Source of the DNA: SAR86 cluster bacterium SAR86B
Lineage (GTDB): Bacteria > Pseudomonadota > Gammaproteobacteria > Magnimaribacterales > D2472
Direction of reading: 5' to 3'
Length of the DNA stretch: 64,000 nucleotides
Assembly (NCBI GenBank): GCA_905182885.1
Contig: CAJJCW010000002.1
Coordinates: forward strand, 212,869 to 276,868
Shown here: in pieces, positions 9,424-18,535 of the stretch
Position numbering within the stretch: position 1 is the stretch's first letter
How the letters are laid out: every line of letters starts with the position of its first letter
The notes under the pieces: model-generated
What the model was told of the DNA's origin: nothing
Databases searched by the model: none
The model's input: the letters and a program-made list of their open reading frames with translations, nothing else
Translations under genes and position numbers: made by a program

Positions 9424-11085
9424 ATGAAAACAGAAAATATCGCACCCGTAATTAGGACAAATTTAGACACTAAATCTGAGCTATATCAAAAAAATAAAGA
9501 AATGATGCTTGAGAAATTGGTTTTTCTAGATGAATTGCTTGATCTTGCGGAAATTGGTGGCGGAGCTAGACATCATGAAAGGTTGGCTAAAAGAGGAAAG
9601 ATGCCGGTTCGTGAAAGAGTAATGAACGTCATAGACCCTGATAGTCCTTTTCTTGAGATTCAGCCGTTTGCTGGATATGGAACAGATAACTTTAATGTTG
9701 GTGGTGGTTGCGTTTCAGGTGTCGGAATTGTTTCTGGGGTTGAGTGTGTAATTTTTGCTAATGATCCTACAGTTAAGGCTGGTGCTATGACTGTTTATGT
9801 TGGTGAAAAATGGGCGAGAGCTATAGAAATATCAAGAGAAAATAAAATACCGTTTATTAGTTTTGTTGAATCTGCTGGCGGCGATCTTAGCGTCTCCGGT
9901 CTAAACCAGGGAGGCACGCCTCCAATATCACCATCCATCCAAAGCCCTCACTTTGCAGCTACAGGTCGCTTTTTTTATGAAATGACTGAATTATCAAAAT
10001 TGAGAATACCGGTAATTTCTGTAGTTTTTGGTTCATCTACTGCAGGTGGAGCGTATCAACCAGGAATGTCAGATTACAATATTTTTATTAAAGATCAGTC
10101 GATGGCATTCTTAGCAGGCCCGCCTCTAGTAAAAATGGCAACTGGCGAAGAATCAGATAGCGAAACACTCGGAGGAGCAAAAATGCATTCTGAGAAATCT
10201 GGCCTTTCTGACTATCTGGCAGAAGATGAAATGGATGCTTTGCGATTGTGTAGACAGGTAGTCTCTCATTTGAATTGGGATAAGACTGGTCTAGAACCAA
10301 AGAAAATATCCTCTGACCCTATATATAATCAGGAAGAGTTGCTTGGCATTCTTGCTGAAGACCTTAAGTCTGCGGTAGATATCAAAGAAATAATTGCTCG
10401 TTTTTCAGATGGATCTAAATTTGAGGAATTTAAACCTTTATATGGACCTACTATGGTCTGTGGTTGGACTTCTGTTCATGGCTATCAAGTAGGTATTCTT
10501 GGAAATAATGGCCCTATATACCCAGAATCTGCTGAAAAAGCTGCAAGCTTTATCCAGTTATGCAATAAACGAAATATACCCTTAATATTCCTTCATAACG
10601 TTACCGGTTTCCTGGTTGGCAAGGATTTTGAAAGCCAGGGAATTATAAAAAAAGGATCGCAACTAATTAATGCTGTATCCAACTCCATGGTTCCTCATAT
10701 AACTATTGTTGTGGGTGCTTCGTATGGGGCTGGAACATACGCAATGTCAGGAAAGGCTTATAACAATAGATTTACCTTTTTATGGCCAACAGCAAAAATA
10801 GCAGTTATGGGGCCTGAGCAAATGGCAGGCGTTATGTCAATTGTTAGAAAGGCTAAAGCTCTTAGAGATGGTCAAAAATTTGATGAAAAAGCCGATGAAC
10901 AAATTAAAAAAATGGTTATCGATTATCTTGAAGGGATGTCACTTGGATTAGTTGCAAGTAGCATGGTGACCGATGATGGGATTATTGATCCCCGTGATAC
11001 GAGAGATATTATTGGATTTTGTTTATCGATCGTAAGTAACCAGCCCATTGAAGGCGCTGAAGAATATGGAGTATTTAGACTATGA
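9424..11085 (+). CDS. acyl-CoA carboxylase carboxyltransferase (beta) subunit, methylcrotonyl-/geranyl-CoA carboxylase type
   Basis: 553 aa. Two crotonase-like CT halves (GGGARHHERL..., VVGASYGAGTYAM) typical of LiuB/AtuC. Confidence 0.85.
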   Translation: MKTENIAPVIRTNLDTKSELYQKNKEMMLEKLVFLDELLDLAEIGGGARHHERLAKRGKMPVRERVMNVIDPDSPFLEIQPFAGYGTDNFNVGGGCVSGVGIVSGVECVIFANDPTVKAGAMTVYVGEKWARAIEISRENKIPFISFVESAGGDLSVSGLNQGGTPPISPSIQSPHFAATGRFFYEMTELSKLRIPVISVVFGSSTAGGAYQPGMSDYNIFIKDQSMAFLAGPPLVKMATGEESDSETLGGAKMHSEKSGLSDYLAEDEMDALRLCRQVVSHLNWDKTGLEPKKISSDPIYNQEELLGILAEDLKSAVDIKEIIARFSDGSKFEEFKPLYGPTMVCGWTSVHGYQVGILGNNGPIYPESAEKAASFIQLCNKRNIPLIFLHNVTGFLVGKDFESQGIIKKGSQLINAVSNSMVPHITIVVGASYGAGTYAMSGKAYNNRFTFLWPTAKIAVMGPEQMAGVMSIVRKAKALRDGQKFDEKADEQIKKMVIDYLEGMSLGLVASSMVTDDGIIDPRDTRDIIGFCLSIVSNQPIEGAEEYGVFRL

Positions 11086-13010
11086 GTTTTAATTCATTAT
11101 TAGTTGCAAATAGAGGCGAGATTGCTTGCAGAATTATAAGAAGTGCTCATGAAATGGGTATTAGATGTATTGCTGTATATGTTGATGCAGATAAAGACGC
11201 TCCTTATGTGAAAGAAGCTGATGAAGCCATTCTACTTCCAGACGGCGGTTATCTGGATGGAAATATAGTTATTGAAGCTGCAAGAAGATCAGAAGCTGAG
11301 GCCATTCATCCTGGTTATGGTTTCTTATCAGAAAATGCATCTTTTGCCAGAAAAGTTATTAAAGAAGGTTTGGTTTGGGTTGGTCCTTCACCTCATGTTA
11401 TCTCCGTAATGGGGGATAAATTAAAAGCAAAAGAATTGGCTGTAAAAGCCAATGTTCCTACTTTGAAAATGACCACAAACCCAAAAGAAGCAAAACATAT
11501 TGGCTACCCTCTTCTTATAAAAGCTGCTGCCGGAGGCGGTGGAAAAGGTATGCGAATAGTTAATAAAGAGTCAGATTTAAAGGAATCTATTAAAAGCGCT
11601 CAAAGAGAAGCTAAATCTGGGTTTGGTGATGAAAGAGTATTCATTGAGCGGTATGTAGAAAAATCAAGACATATTGAAATCCAAATTCTTGGGGATTCTC
11701 ATGGCAATATTGTTCATCTTGGAGAGAGAGAATGCTCTATACAAAGAAGGCACCAAAAAATTATTGAAGAATCACCATCACCAAGAGTTTCTGAAGAGAT
11801 AAGACTGGCAATGGGTAATGCCGCAATTATGCTTGCAAAAAAAATCAAGTATCAATCTGCTGGAACTGTTGAATTTCTTATGGATGATAAGACAGGTGAA
11901 TTCTGGTTCCTAGAAGTTAATACAAGGCTTCAGGTTGAGCATCCAGTAACCGAAGAAGTAACAGGTATTGATTTAGTATATGAGCAGTTGAGAATTGCTA
12001 GAGGTGAGGAGCTTGGTTATGAACAGGGAGATATTGAATTTAATGGATCTGCTATAGAAGCTAGGCTTTATGCAGAAGATCCAAATAATAATTTTTTACC
12101 TGAAATCGGAACATTGATAGCATTTGAAGGAGATTACGATGCAGATGCAAGATGGGACTCAGGAGTTGTTACTGGGTCTGTGGTTGGAACTGACTTTGAT
12201 CCAATGCTTGCAAAGGTTATTTCTTATGCTCCAACTAGAATTGATGCGGCCAGGAAGCTTGTCAGGGCTTTAGAAGCAGCACATATAGGAGGAGTTAAAA
12301 CAAACAGAGATTTCTTAATAGCATGCTTAAAATCAGAAGAGTATTTAGATGGTGATACTACTACAGACTTTATTGATAGAGTTAAGCCGCCAAGGACTTT
12401 AGTCTTATCAGAGGAGAAAATTGAACATGTCACCTCTATTGCGGCTTTGTGGATTCAAAAAATAAATAAAGAAAATGGCCATATAGCAAAATTTATGCGC
12501 TCTGGCTGGACTAATGGAAGACTTCCAAATCAAAATATCACTTTTACATTGATGGATAAGGATTACAAAGTTGATTATAAATCTCAAAGAGATGACAGCT
12601 TTCTCTTTAATTCAAACAAGGTTGCAAAAATTTACGATGGGGATGAGTTTGGTATAGATGTTGAGTTTGATGGAAAGAGAGCTTATTCTAGAATTACTCT
12701 TTGTGAAAATAAAATACTTGTTCATATGCCATACGGAGATGTGATGCTTGAAATCAAACCTAGATTTATAATACCAGGTCTTGAAATTCAGGCAGGTGGT
12801 CTAATTGCTCCAATGCCGGGTAAGGTAATTGATTTAAAGGTTAAAAAAGGAAATAAAGTCAAGGTTGGGGATACTTTAATAGTACTTGAGGCTATGAAAA
12901 TGGAGCACTCGATAAAAGCGAGTGAAGACGGAGTAGTGTCAGAATTATTAGTTTCTACAAATGATCAGGTTGAGAATGGTGCTTTATTAATGGTGGTCAA
13001 GCCAAAGTAA
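11082..13010 (+). CDS. acyl-CoA carboxylase biotin carboxylase plus BCCP (alpha) subunit
   Basis: ATP-grasp motifs (GYPLLIKAAAGGGGKGM, EVNTRLQVEHPVTE) and the C-terminal biotinylation motif EAMKME. It overlaps the beta subunit stop by 4 nt. Confidence 0.9.
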   Translation: MSFNSLLVANRGEIACRIIRSAHEMGIRCIAVYVDADKDAPYVKEADEAILLPDGGYLDGNIVIEAARRSEAEAIHPGYGFLSENASFARKVIKEGLVWVGPSPHVISVMGDKLKAKELAVKANVPTLKMTTNPKEAKHIGYPLLIKAAAGGGGKGMRIVNKESDLKESIKSAQREAKSGFGDERVFIERYVEKSRHIEIQILGDSHGNIVHLGERECSIQRRHQKIIEESPSPRVSEEIRLAMGNAAIMLAKKIKYQSAGTVEFLMDDKTGEFWFLEVNTRLQVEHPVTEEVTGIDLVYEQLRIARGEELGYEQGDIEFNGSAIEARLYAEDPNNNFLPEIGTLIAFEGDYDADARWDSGVVTGSVVGTDFDPMLAKVISYAPTRIDAARKLVRALEAAHIGGVKTNRDFLIACLKSEEYLDGDTTTDFIDRVKPPRTLVLSEEKIEHVTSIAALWIQKINKENGHIAKFMRSGWTNGRLPNQNITFTLMDKDYKVDYKSQRDDSFLFNSNKVAKIYDGDEFGIDVEFDGKRAYSRITLCENKILVHMPYGDVMLEIKPRFIIPGLEIQAGGLIAPMPGKVIDLKVKKGNKVKVGDTLIVLEAMKMEHSIKASEDGVVSELLVSTNDQVENGALLMVVKPK

Positions 13011-13624
13011 TGCATTATTTCGAGCCTACAAAAGAATTTACTAAAGATTCATCAAAAGCTCTAACGAACAGACATCATGAAATAATTAACTCTCTAGAGA
13101 TTATGCTTGAGAAAGGTATTCCAGATTTAACGATGTCTGAGCTAGCTTCAAAGCTCAAAATATCTCTCAGGACTTTATATGAGATTGCTCCCAGCAAAGA
13201 TCAACTCATTACAATGACTGTAGATAATATCTTGAGAAAACTTGGCAAAAATGCATTAGATGAAATATCAACTATTAAATCGCCAATCAATAAACTTCAA
13301 AAATATTTAAACATCGTTAATCAAGCCGTGGGACCTAAGTTTGATACATTTATAAAAGGATTGGGTAGAAACATACCTAGCTCAAATAGCATGATAGATT
13401 ATCACGAAGGGTTTATAACTAGTTTCACCGAAAAGCTTTTAAATGAAGCCAAAGAAGCCAAGGAAATTAAAAAAATTGATACGAAAGCTTTTGCAATCTT
13501 GCTTGGCGGCATCGGAAGAGAGTTTGCAAAAGAAAAAAATAGATTATTGATTACAGTTTCACCCGAGGAATCTGCTAATTCTATAACTAATATAATTTTA
13601 GAAGGAATAAGACTGGAGAGTTAA
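13010..13624 (+). CDS. TetR/AcrR family transcriptional regulator embedded in the carboxylase operon
   Basis: N-terminal HTH TMSELASKLKISLRTLYEIAPSKDQL. The start overlaps the upstream stop (TAATG). Confidence 0.7.
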   Translation: MHYFEPTKEFTKDSSKALTNRHHEIINSLEIMLEKGIPDLTMSELASKLKISLRTLYEIAPSKDQLITMTVDNILRKLGKNALDEISTIKSPINKLQKYLNIVNQAVGPKFDTFIKGLGRNIPSSNSMIDYHEGFITSFTEKLLNEAKEAKEIKKIDTKAFAILLGGIGREFAKEKNRLLITVSPEESANSITNIILEGIRLES

Positions 13625-13625
13625 A

Positions 13626-15407
13626 TTGAATAAGGAAGTAATAAAAATAGCTAATTGTAGTGGCTACTATGGAGATAAGTTATCTGCAGCTAAGGATATG
13701 GTTGATGGCGGTCCTATAGATGTTCTTACTGGAGATTATCTTGCTGAACTAACAATGGCAATCTTGTATGGTCAAAGAATGCAAAGAGGTGAAGACAAAG
13801 GTTATGTTGGCACTTTCTTAAAGCAAGTAAAAGAAATTGCAGCAAGTTGTAAAGAAAAAAATATAAAAATAGTAACCAATGCAGGCGGCCTAAACCCAAA
13901 ATCAATGGCCAATGAAATTGAAAATATCTTAAAAGAGCTTTCTATTGATTTAAAAGTTGCATACATAGATGGAGATGATTTGATGCCTAGAATGAAAGAG
14001 CTCTCTGACGCTGGCGAGACTTTTATTAATATAGATAAAAATACATTGCTTAAAGATTCTGGCTATGAACCCGTTACTGCAAATGCCTATTTAGGAGCAT
14101 GGGGTATTAAGGAAGCTTTAGATAATGGTGCTGATATAGTTGTGTGCCCAAGAGTTACAGATGCTGCCGTTGTAATAGGTCCTGCTGCTTGGAAGTTTAA
14201 TTGGTCTAGAGATAATTATGATGCTCTTGCAGGAGCGCTTGCTGCTGGTCATATAATTGAATGTGGATGTCAGGCAACTGGAGGTAATTATGCATTCTTT
14301 AAAGAAGTTCCAAGTTTTGATAATGTTGGCTATCCAATTGCTGAAATACAAGAAGATGGAAGTTTTACAATAACAAAGCATCCCGGAACAGGTGGATTAG
14401 TTTCAGTTGGGACAGTTACAGCTCAACTTTTGTACGAGATTGGTTCTCCGGCCTACATAAATCCAGATGTGGTGAGTCACTTTGATACTTTAAAAATTGA
14501 AGAAACAGATAAAGATAGAGTCTATGTCTCAGGATGTCGAGGAAGCACCCCTCCTCCGACCCATAAAGCCTGTATCAATCTTGCAGGTGGTTTTAGAAAT
14601 GGTATGGAAATTATTATTACTGGCTTAGATATCGAAGAAAAAGCCAAATCATTTACAGATACATTATTTAAATCTCTCGGAGGTGTTGAGCAGTTTGACG
14701 AAGTGTCTATGGAATTACATCAAACACAAAAAGATAACCCGAGCTCTAACGAAGAAGCTATGGCATCTTTAGCTCTCTCAGTTAAGTCTATGAACCCTGA
14801 TCTTGTTGGAAGAATGTTTAGTGCCAAAATTATAGAACTATCTCTAGCAAGCTATCCAGGCTTTTTTGCAAGAAGTGCATTTAAGGCAAATGGTCCGGTT
14901 ATAGTTTATTGGCCTGCGCTGATAGACAGCAAGCACATTAAGGAAATAGTGTATGTTGATGGGAAAGAAATAGAAGTACTTCCAACCAACCAGCTTAACC
15001 TTGAGGAAAAATACTATCAAAAGGAACCTATTGAAATTTTAGATGCCCCTAAAGGCAACTCACAACTAGTGCATTTTGGTGAATTATATGGAACTAGATC
15101 TGGTGATAAGGGAGGTTGTGCAAATTTAGGTATATGGGCTAAAGATAATTTGTCTTATTCTTTCTTGTATGAATTTCTTACAGTAGATAAATTAAAAGAG
15201 TTATTACCAGATTTATCAGAGTTTAAGATTGATAGATATGACTTATCAAATATAAAGTCTTTAAATTTTTATATCCATGATATTTTACAGGACGGCATCT
15301 CATCAAATAATAAAAAAGATGGCCAGGCAAAGTCTCTTGGAGAATATCTTAGAGCAAAGCTTATTGAGGTTCCAAAAGAAATACTAGAGGGTAAGAAAAA
15401 TGACTAA
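13626..15407 (+). CDS. acyclic terpene utilization AtuA family protein (DUF1446)
   Basis: TTG start. The N-terminus IANCSGYYGDKLSAAKDMVDGGPIDVLTGDYLAELTM and the 593-aa length match the AtuA family. Confidence 0.75.
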   Translation: MNKEVIKIANCSGYYGDKLSAAKDMVDGGPIDVLTGDYLAELTMAILYGQRMQRGEDKGYVGTFLKQVKEIAASCKEKNIKIVTNAGGLNPKSMANEIENILKELSIDLKVAYIDGDDLMPRMKELSDAGETFINIDKNTLLKDSGYEPVTANAYLGAWGIKEALDNGADIVVCPRVTDAAVVIGPAAWKFNWSRDNYDALAGALAAGHIIECGCQATGGNYAFFKEVPSFDNVGYPIAEIQEDGSFTITKHPGTGGLVSVGTVTAQLLYEIGSPAYINPDVVSHFDTLKIEETDKDRVYVSGCRGSTPPPTHKACINLAGGFRNGMEIIITGLDIEEKAKSFTDTLFKSLGGVEQFDEVSMELHQTQKDNPSSNEEAMASLALSVKSMNPDLVGRMFSAKIIELSLASYPGFFARSAFKANGPVIVYWPALIDSKHIKEIVYVDGKEIEVLPTNQLNLEEKYYQKEPIEILDAPKGNSQLVHFGELYGTRSGDKGGCANLGIWAKDNLSYSFLYEFLTVDKLKELLPDLSEFKIDRYDLSNIKSLNFYIHDILQDGISSNNKKDGQAKSLGEYLRAKLIEVPKEILEGKKND

Positions 15408-16194
15408 TAAAAATCTCTCACTTGATGGGTTAATATTTCAAGCAACAAAAATTGGCATTTCAGACAATATTTTAACCATTACGTTAAACAGGCCTGAAAA
15501 AAAGAATGCCATAAATAATATTATGATGAATGAGGTTAACTTTGCTTTGGCTTATGCAAAACAAGAAAGAGATATAAGGGTGGTAGTTATAGCTGCTGAA
15601 GGTGATATATTCTGTGCTGGCGCAGATCTTACACGAGCTGAGTCAGAATCTAACATTCCAAAATTAGAAGGCTCAGATGATATTAGCTTGAGTATAAGAC
15701 ATCTATACAAGCCTGTTATATGTAAAATTCAAGGCTCAGTATTGGCTGGTGCACTCTTAATGGTTACCAATGCTACTCATGCCATTGCAGTAGAAGATGC
15801 TAAATTTTCAGCACCAGAAATTAAAAGAGGATTATGGCCATTTATGGTTATGGCAGGTCTATTTAGAGTTATGCCGAGAAGAGCTGGTTTAGATTTTATT
15901 ATGAGAGGTAATTATATTAACTCTCAAAAAGCTGAGGAATGGGGTTTAATAAATCAATCTGTTCCCAAAAATGAATTAGATAAAGTTGTGTATGATCTTG
16001 CATCTGAATTAGCCGGACTTGCACCTGGAACAATGCAATTTGGCCTTGAGGCTTATGAGAAACAAGACGGAATGATTTTTGATGACGCCCTTCCCTACTT
16101 AAAAGAGCAAATTGCTGTCTGCTTTGAGGGAGATGATGCCAAAGAGGGAATAGCAGCTTTTTTAGAAAAAAGAGACCCTGATTGGGATAAATAA
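15400..16194 (+). CDS. enoyl-CoA hydratase/isomerase (crotonase) family protein
   Basis: LNRPEKKNAI and FCAGADL motifs; overlaps the AtuA-like stop. Confidence 0.8.
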   Translation: MTNKNLSLDGLIFQATKIGISDNILTITLNRPEKKNAINNIMMNEVNFALAYAKQERDIRVVVIAAEGDIFCAGADLTRAESESNIPKLEGSDDISLSIRHLYKPVICKIQGSVLAGALLMVTNATHAIAVEDAKFSAPEIKRGLWPFMVMAGLFRVMPRRAGLDFIMRGNYINSQKAEEWGLINQSVPKNELDKVVYDLASELAGLAPGTMQFGLEAYEKQDGMIFDDALPYLKEQIAVCFEGDDAKEGIAAFLEKRDPDWDK

Positions 16195-16215
16195 TTTTTA
16201 AGGAGTGAGAATATT

Positions 16216-17439
16216 ATGGATTTAAATTACGGGCCTGAATACAAGGATTTTAGAAAAGAAGTTCAAGAATTCTGTAAGAAATGGGATGGTGTGAATTTTA
16301 CCAATGCAGCAAAAGTTCCAATGAGTATGTCCTTTAAAGAAACTGGGAAGACTATAAGTCGCTCAGAATGGCAGTCCATTCTTATCGATCAAGGCTACTT
16401 TGCCAGATCTGTTCCTAAGGAATATGGTGGCTTTGGTGGTCACAGTGATGTAATTAAAAATAGAATTATTGCTTCAGAATTTTCAAATGCAAAAATACCT
16501 CCTGCTATGGGAGGCCAAGGAATAGATATGTTAGTCCCAACTCTTTTGGAACTTGGGACCGAAGATCAAAAAAAACAATATATAAAACCTACTCTTCATG
16601 GAGAAATGATTTGGTGTCAGGGATATTCTGAACCAAATGCTGGAAGCGATCTTGCGAGTCTTCAAACTAAAGGAGAGTTGATTGATGGCAACTGGGTAAT
16701 TAATGGACAAAAAATTTGGACTAGCACAGCACAATATTCTCAGATGATGTTTTGCTTAGTTAGAACAGAGCCAGATGCTCAGAAACACGCTGGTATTAGC
16801 TATTTATTAATACCCATGGATACTGCTGGGCTTGAGGTGAGGCCTTTAGTTGATATGACATTAAAATCTGGATTTAATGAAGTTTTTTTTACAGATGTAA
16901 CTATTCCACAAGGAAATATTATAGGTAAAAGAGGTGAAGGGTGGGCTGTAGCTAATGCTACTCTAGGCCATGAAAGAGGCTCATTAACTAATCCAAATGC
17001 AACCGTAAATAGAGTTAATTCTCTAATTGATAGGATGAAAGAAGAGACTTTAGATGGAAGAAGATTAATTGATATACCTGTTTATAGAGATAAGCTTATG
17101 GTCCTTCAGGCAAAGGTAATGGCATTTCAATCAAACTCCTTAAGAGTACTTTCTTCAAAACTAAACAAAGGACAGGATACAAAGATTGCAGGAATGATAC
17201 AAAAACTAGTTGGAACTGAGTTGAGACATGAGTTAGAAGGTTTTGCTGTAGATGTTATGGGAGAAATTGGAACGCTATATGAGGATAGTCCAAATCTTAG
17301 AGATAATGGTTCTTGGCAGTTCTTATATATGTATTATTTAGGATTAATAATAGGTGGTGGTACGAGTCAGATTCAGAAAAATATTATTTCTGAAAGAGGA
17401 CTGGGAATGCCAAGAGAGCCAAAGGTTCAAGGAGTTTAG
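16216..17439 (+). CDS. acyl-CoA dehydrogenase family protein (first of a second adjacent pair)
   Basis: WCQGYSEPNAGSDLASL and GGGTSQIQKNIISERGLGMP; paralogous to 2493..3686. Confidence 0.85.
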   Translation: MDLNYGPEYKDFRKEVQEFCKKWDGVNFTNAAKVPMSMSFKETGKTISRSEWQSILIDQGYFARSVPKEYGGFGGHSDVIKNRIIASEFSNAKIPPAMGGQGIDMLVPTLLELGTEDQKKQYIKPTLHGEMIWCQGYSEPNAGSDLASLQTKGELIDGNWVINGQKIWTSTAQYSQMMFCLVRTEPDAQKHAGISYLLIPMDTAGLEVRPLVDMTLKSGFNEVFFTDVTIPQGNIIGKRGEGWAVANATLGHERGSLTNPNATVNRVNSLIDRMKEETLDGRRLIDIPVYRDKLMVLQAKVMAFQSNSLRVLSSKLNKGQDTKIAGMIQKLVGTELRHELEGFAVDVMGEIGTLYEDSPNLRDNGSWQFLYMYYLGLIIGGGTSQIQKNIISERGLGMPREPKVQGV

Positions 17440-17440
17440 T

Positions 17441-18529
17441 ATGTATTTTGGGCTATCAGAAGATCAAATATTTTTTCAAGAAAATGTATCAAAGTTCCTT
17501 GAGGATCAAGCTAATCTAGATGTAATAAGAGCAATTACAGAAGGTGATGCTGGAGAAACTCAAAAAGAGATCAATAGTGGATTAGTTAATCTAGGATTAA
17601 GTGCCCTTCTTATTCCTGAAGAATTTGGCGGACTGGGTTTAGACTTGCTATTTGCAACAGCAGTAAGTCAAAGCCTTGGTGGTGGAATTGCACCTATTTC
17701 TTATACAGGATCATTTGTAATGGCTCCACTGGCAATAAGTCATGGAGGAAGTAAAAAACAAAAAGAGGAATATCTAACAAAGATGTCAGAAAATTCTATT
17801 CGCTTTGGTGTTGGGTTTTCTGAATACATTGGCGCTAGAGATGGGTCAGCTATAGAGATAAAAAATAATAAAATTTCTGGAAGAGCTTTATTTGTTTTAG
17901 ATGCAAAAGATGCGTCACATTTGATGTTTGCAGATAGTACTGGGGTAATTGGCATTGTGGCCTCAGATTCACCTGGAGTGGAGATAATACAACTTACTGC
18001 TGTAGATAAGACTAGAAGCTATTCAGAGGTTAAGTTAGATAATGTTGATGTTGATGTGCTTGAGTTAACTATATCTAGTAATAATGCTATCAATAAATCT
18101 ATTGATGGTGGAAGAATTATTTTAGCCGCAGATAGTATTGGTGCATCTCAAAGGTTAATTGATAAGGCAGTTGAGTATTCAAAAGAGCGAAAACAATTCG
18201 GACGTGTTATCGGTTCTTTTCAAGCAGTAAAGCATATGTGCGCTGAAATGACCTCTGATCTAGAGCCCTGCTACGCAATGGTCTGGCATGCAGCTCATTG
18301 TTTTGATAATTCTCCAGGAGAAGCAAGATTAATGGCATGTCATGCTAAATCTCATGTTTCAGATATATCAAAAGTGATTGCCAAAAAAGCTACAGAAGTT
18401 CACGGAGGTATGGGATTTACCGACCTTATGGGAGTACACTATTGGTTCAAAAGAATCGGTGTTAATAGGCAAGCCTTAGGAGCCCCAGAAGTTGTCAGAG
18501 AAGAGGCAGCAAAATTACAAAACTTTTAA
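17441..18529 (+). CDS. acyl-CoA dehydrogenase family protein (second of the pair)
   Basis: I use the ATG at 17441, which is preceded by AAGGAG. The longer track ORF from 17354 overlaps the previous gene. It carries FGRVIGSFQAVKHMCAEM and VHGGMGFTD. Confidence 0.8.
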   Translation: MYFGLSEDQIFFQENVSKFLEDQANLDVIRAITEGDAGETQKEINSGLVNLGLSALLIPEEFGGLGLDLLFATAVSQSLGGGIAPISYTGSFVMAPLAISHGGSKKQKEEYLTKMSENSIRFGVGFSEYIGARDGSAIEIKNNKISGRALFVLDAKDASHLMFADSTGVIGIVASDSPGVEIIQLTAVDKTRSYSEVKLDNVDVDVLELTISSNNAINKSIDGGRIILAADSIGASQRLIDKAVEYSKERKQFGRVIGSFQAVKHMCAEMTSDLEPCYAMVWHAAHCFDNSPGEARLMACHAKSHVSDISKVIAKKATEVHGGMGFTDLMGVHYWFKRIGVNRQALGAPEVVREEAAKLQNF

Positions 18530-18535
18530 AAAACT

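Noticed and set aside
17354-17440. Longer start for the fourth ACAD, as given in the ORF track.
   Set aside because: The extension overlaps the preceding gene by 86 nt and encodes non-ACAD sequence. The ATG at 17441 has an AAGGAG SD and gives the canonical N-terminus.
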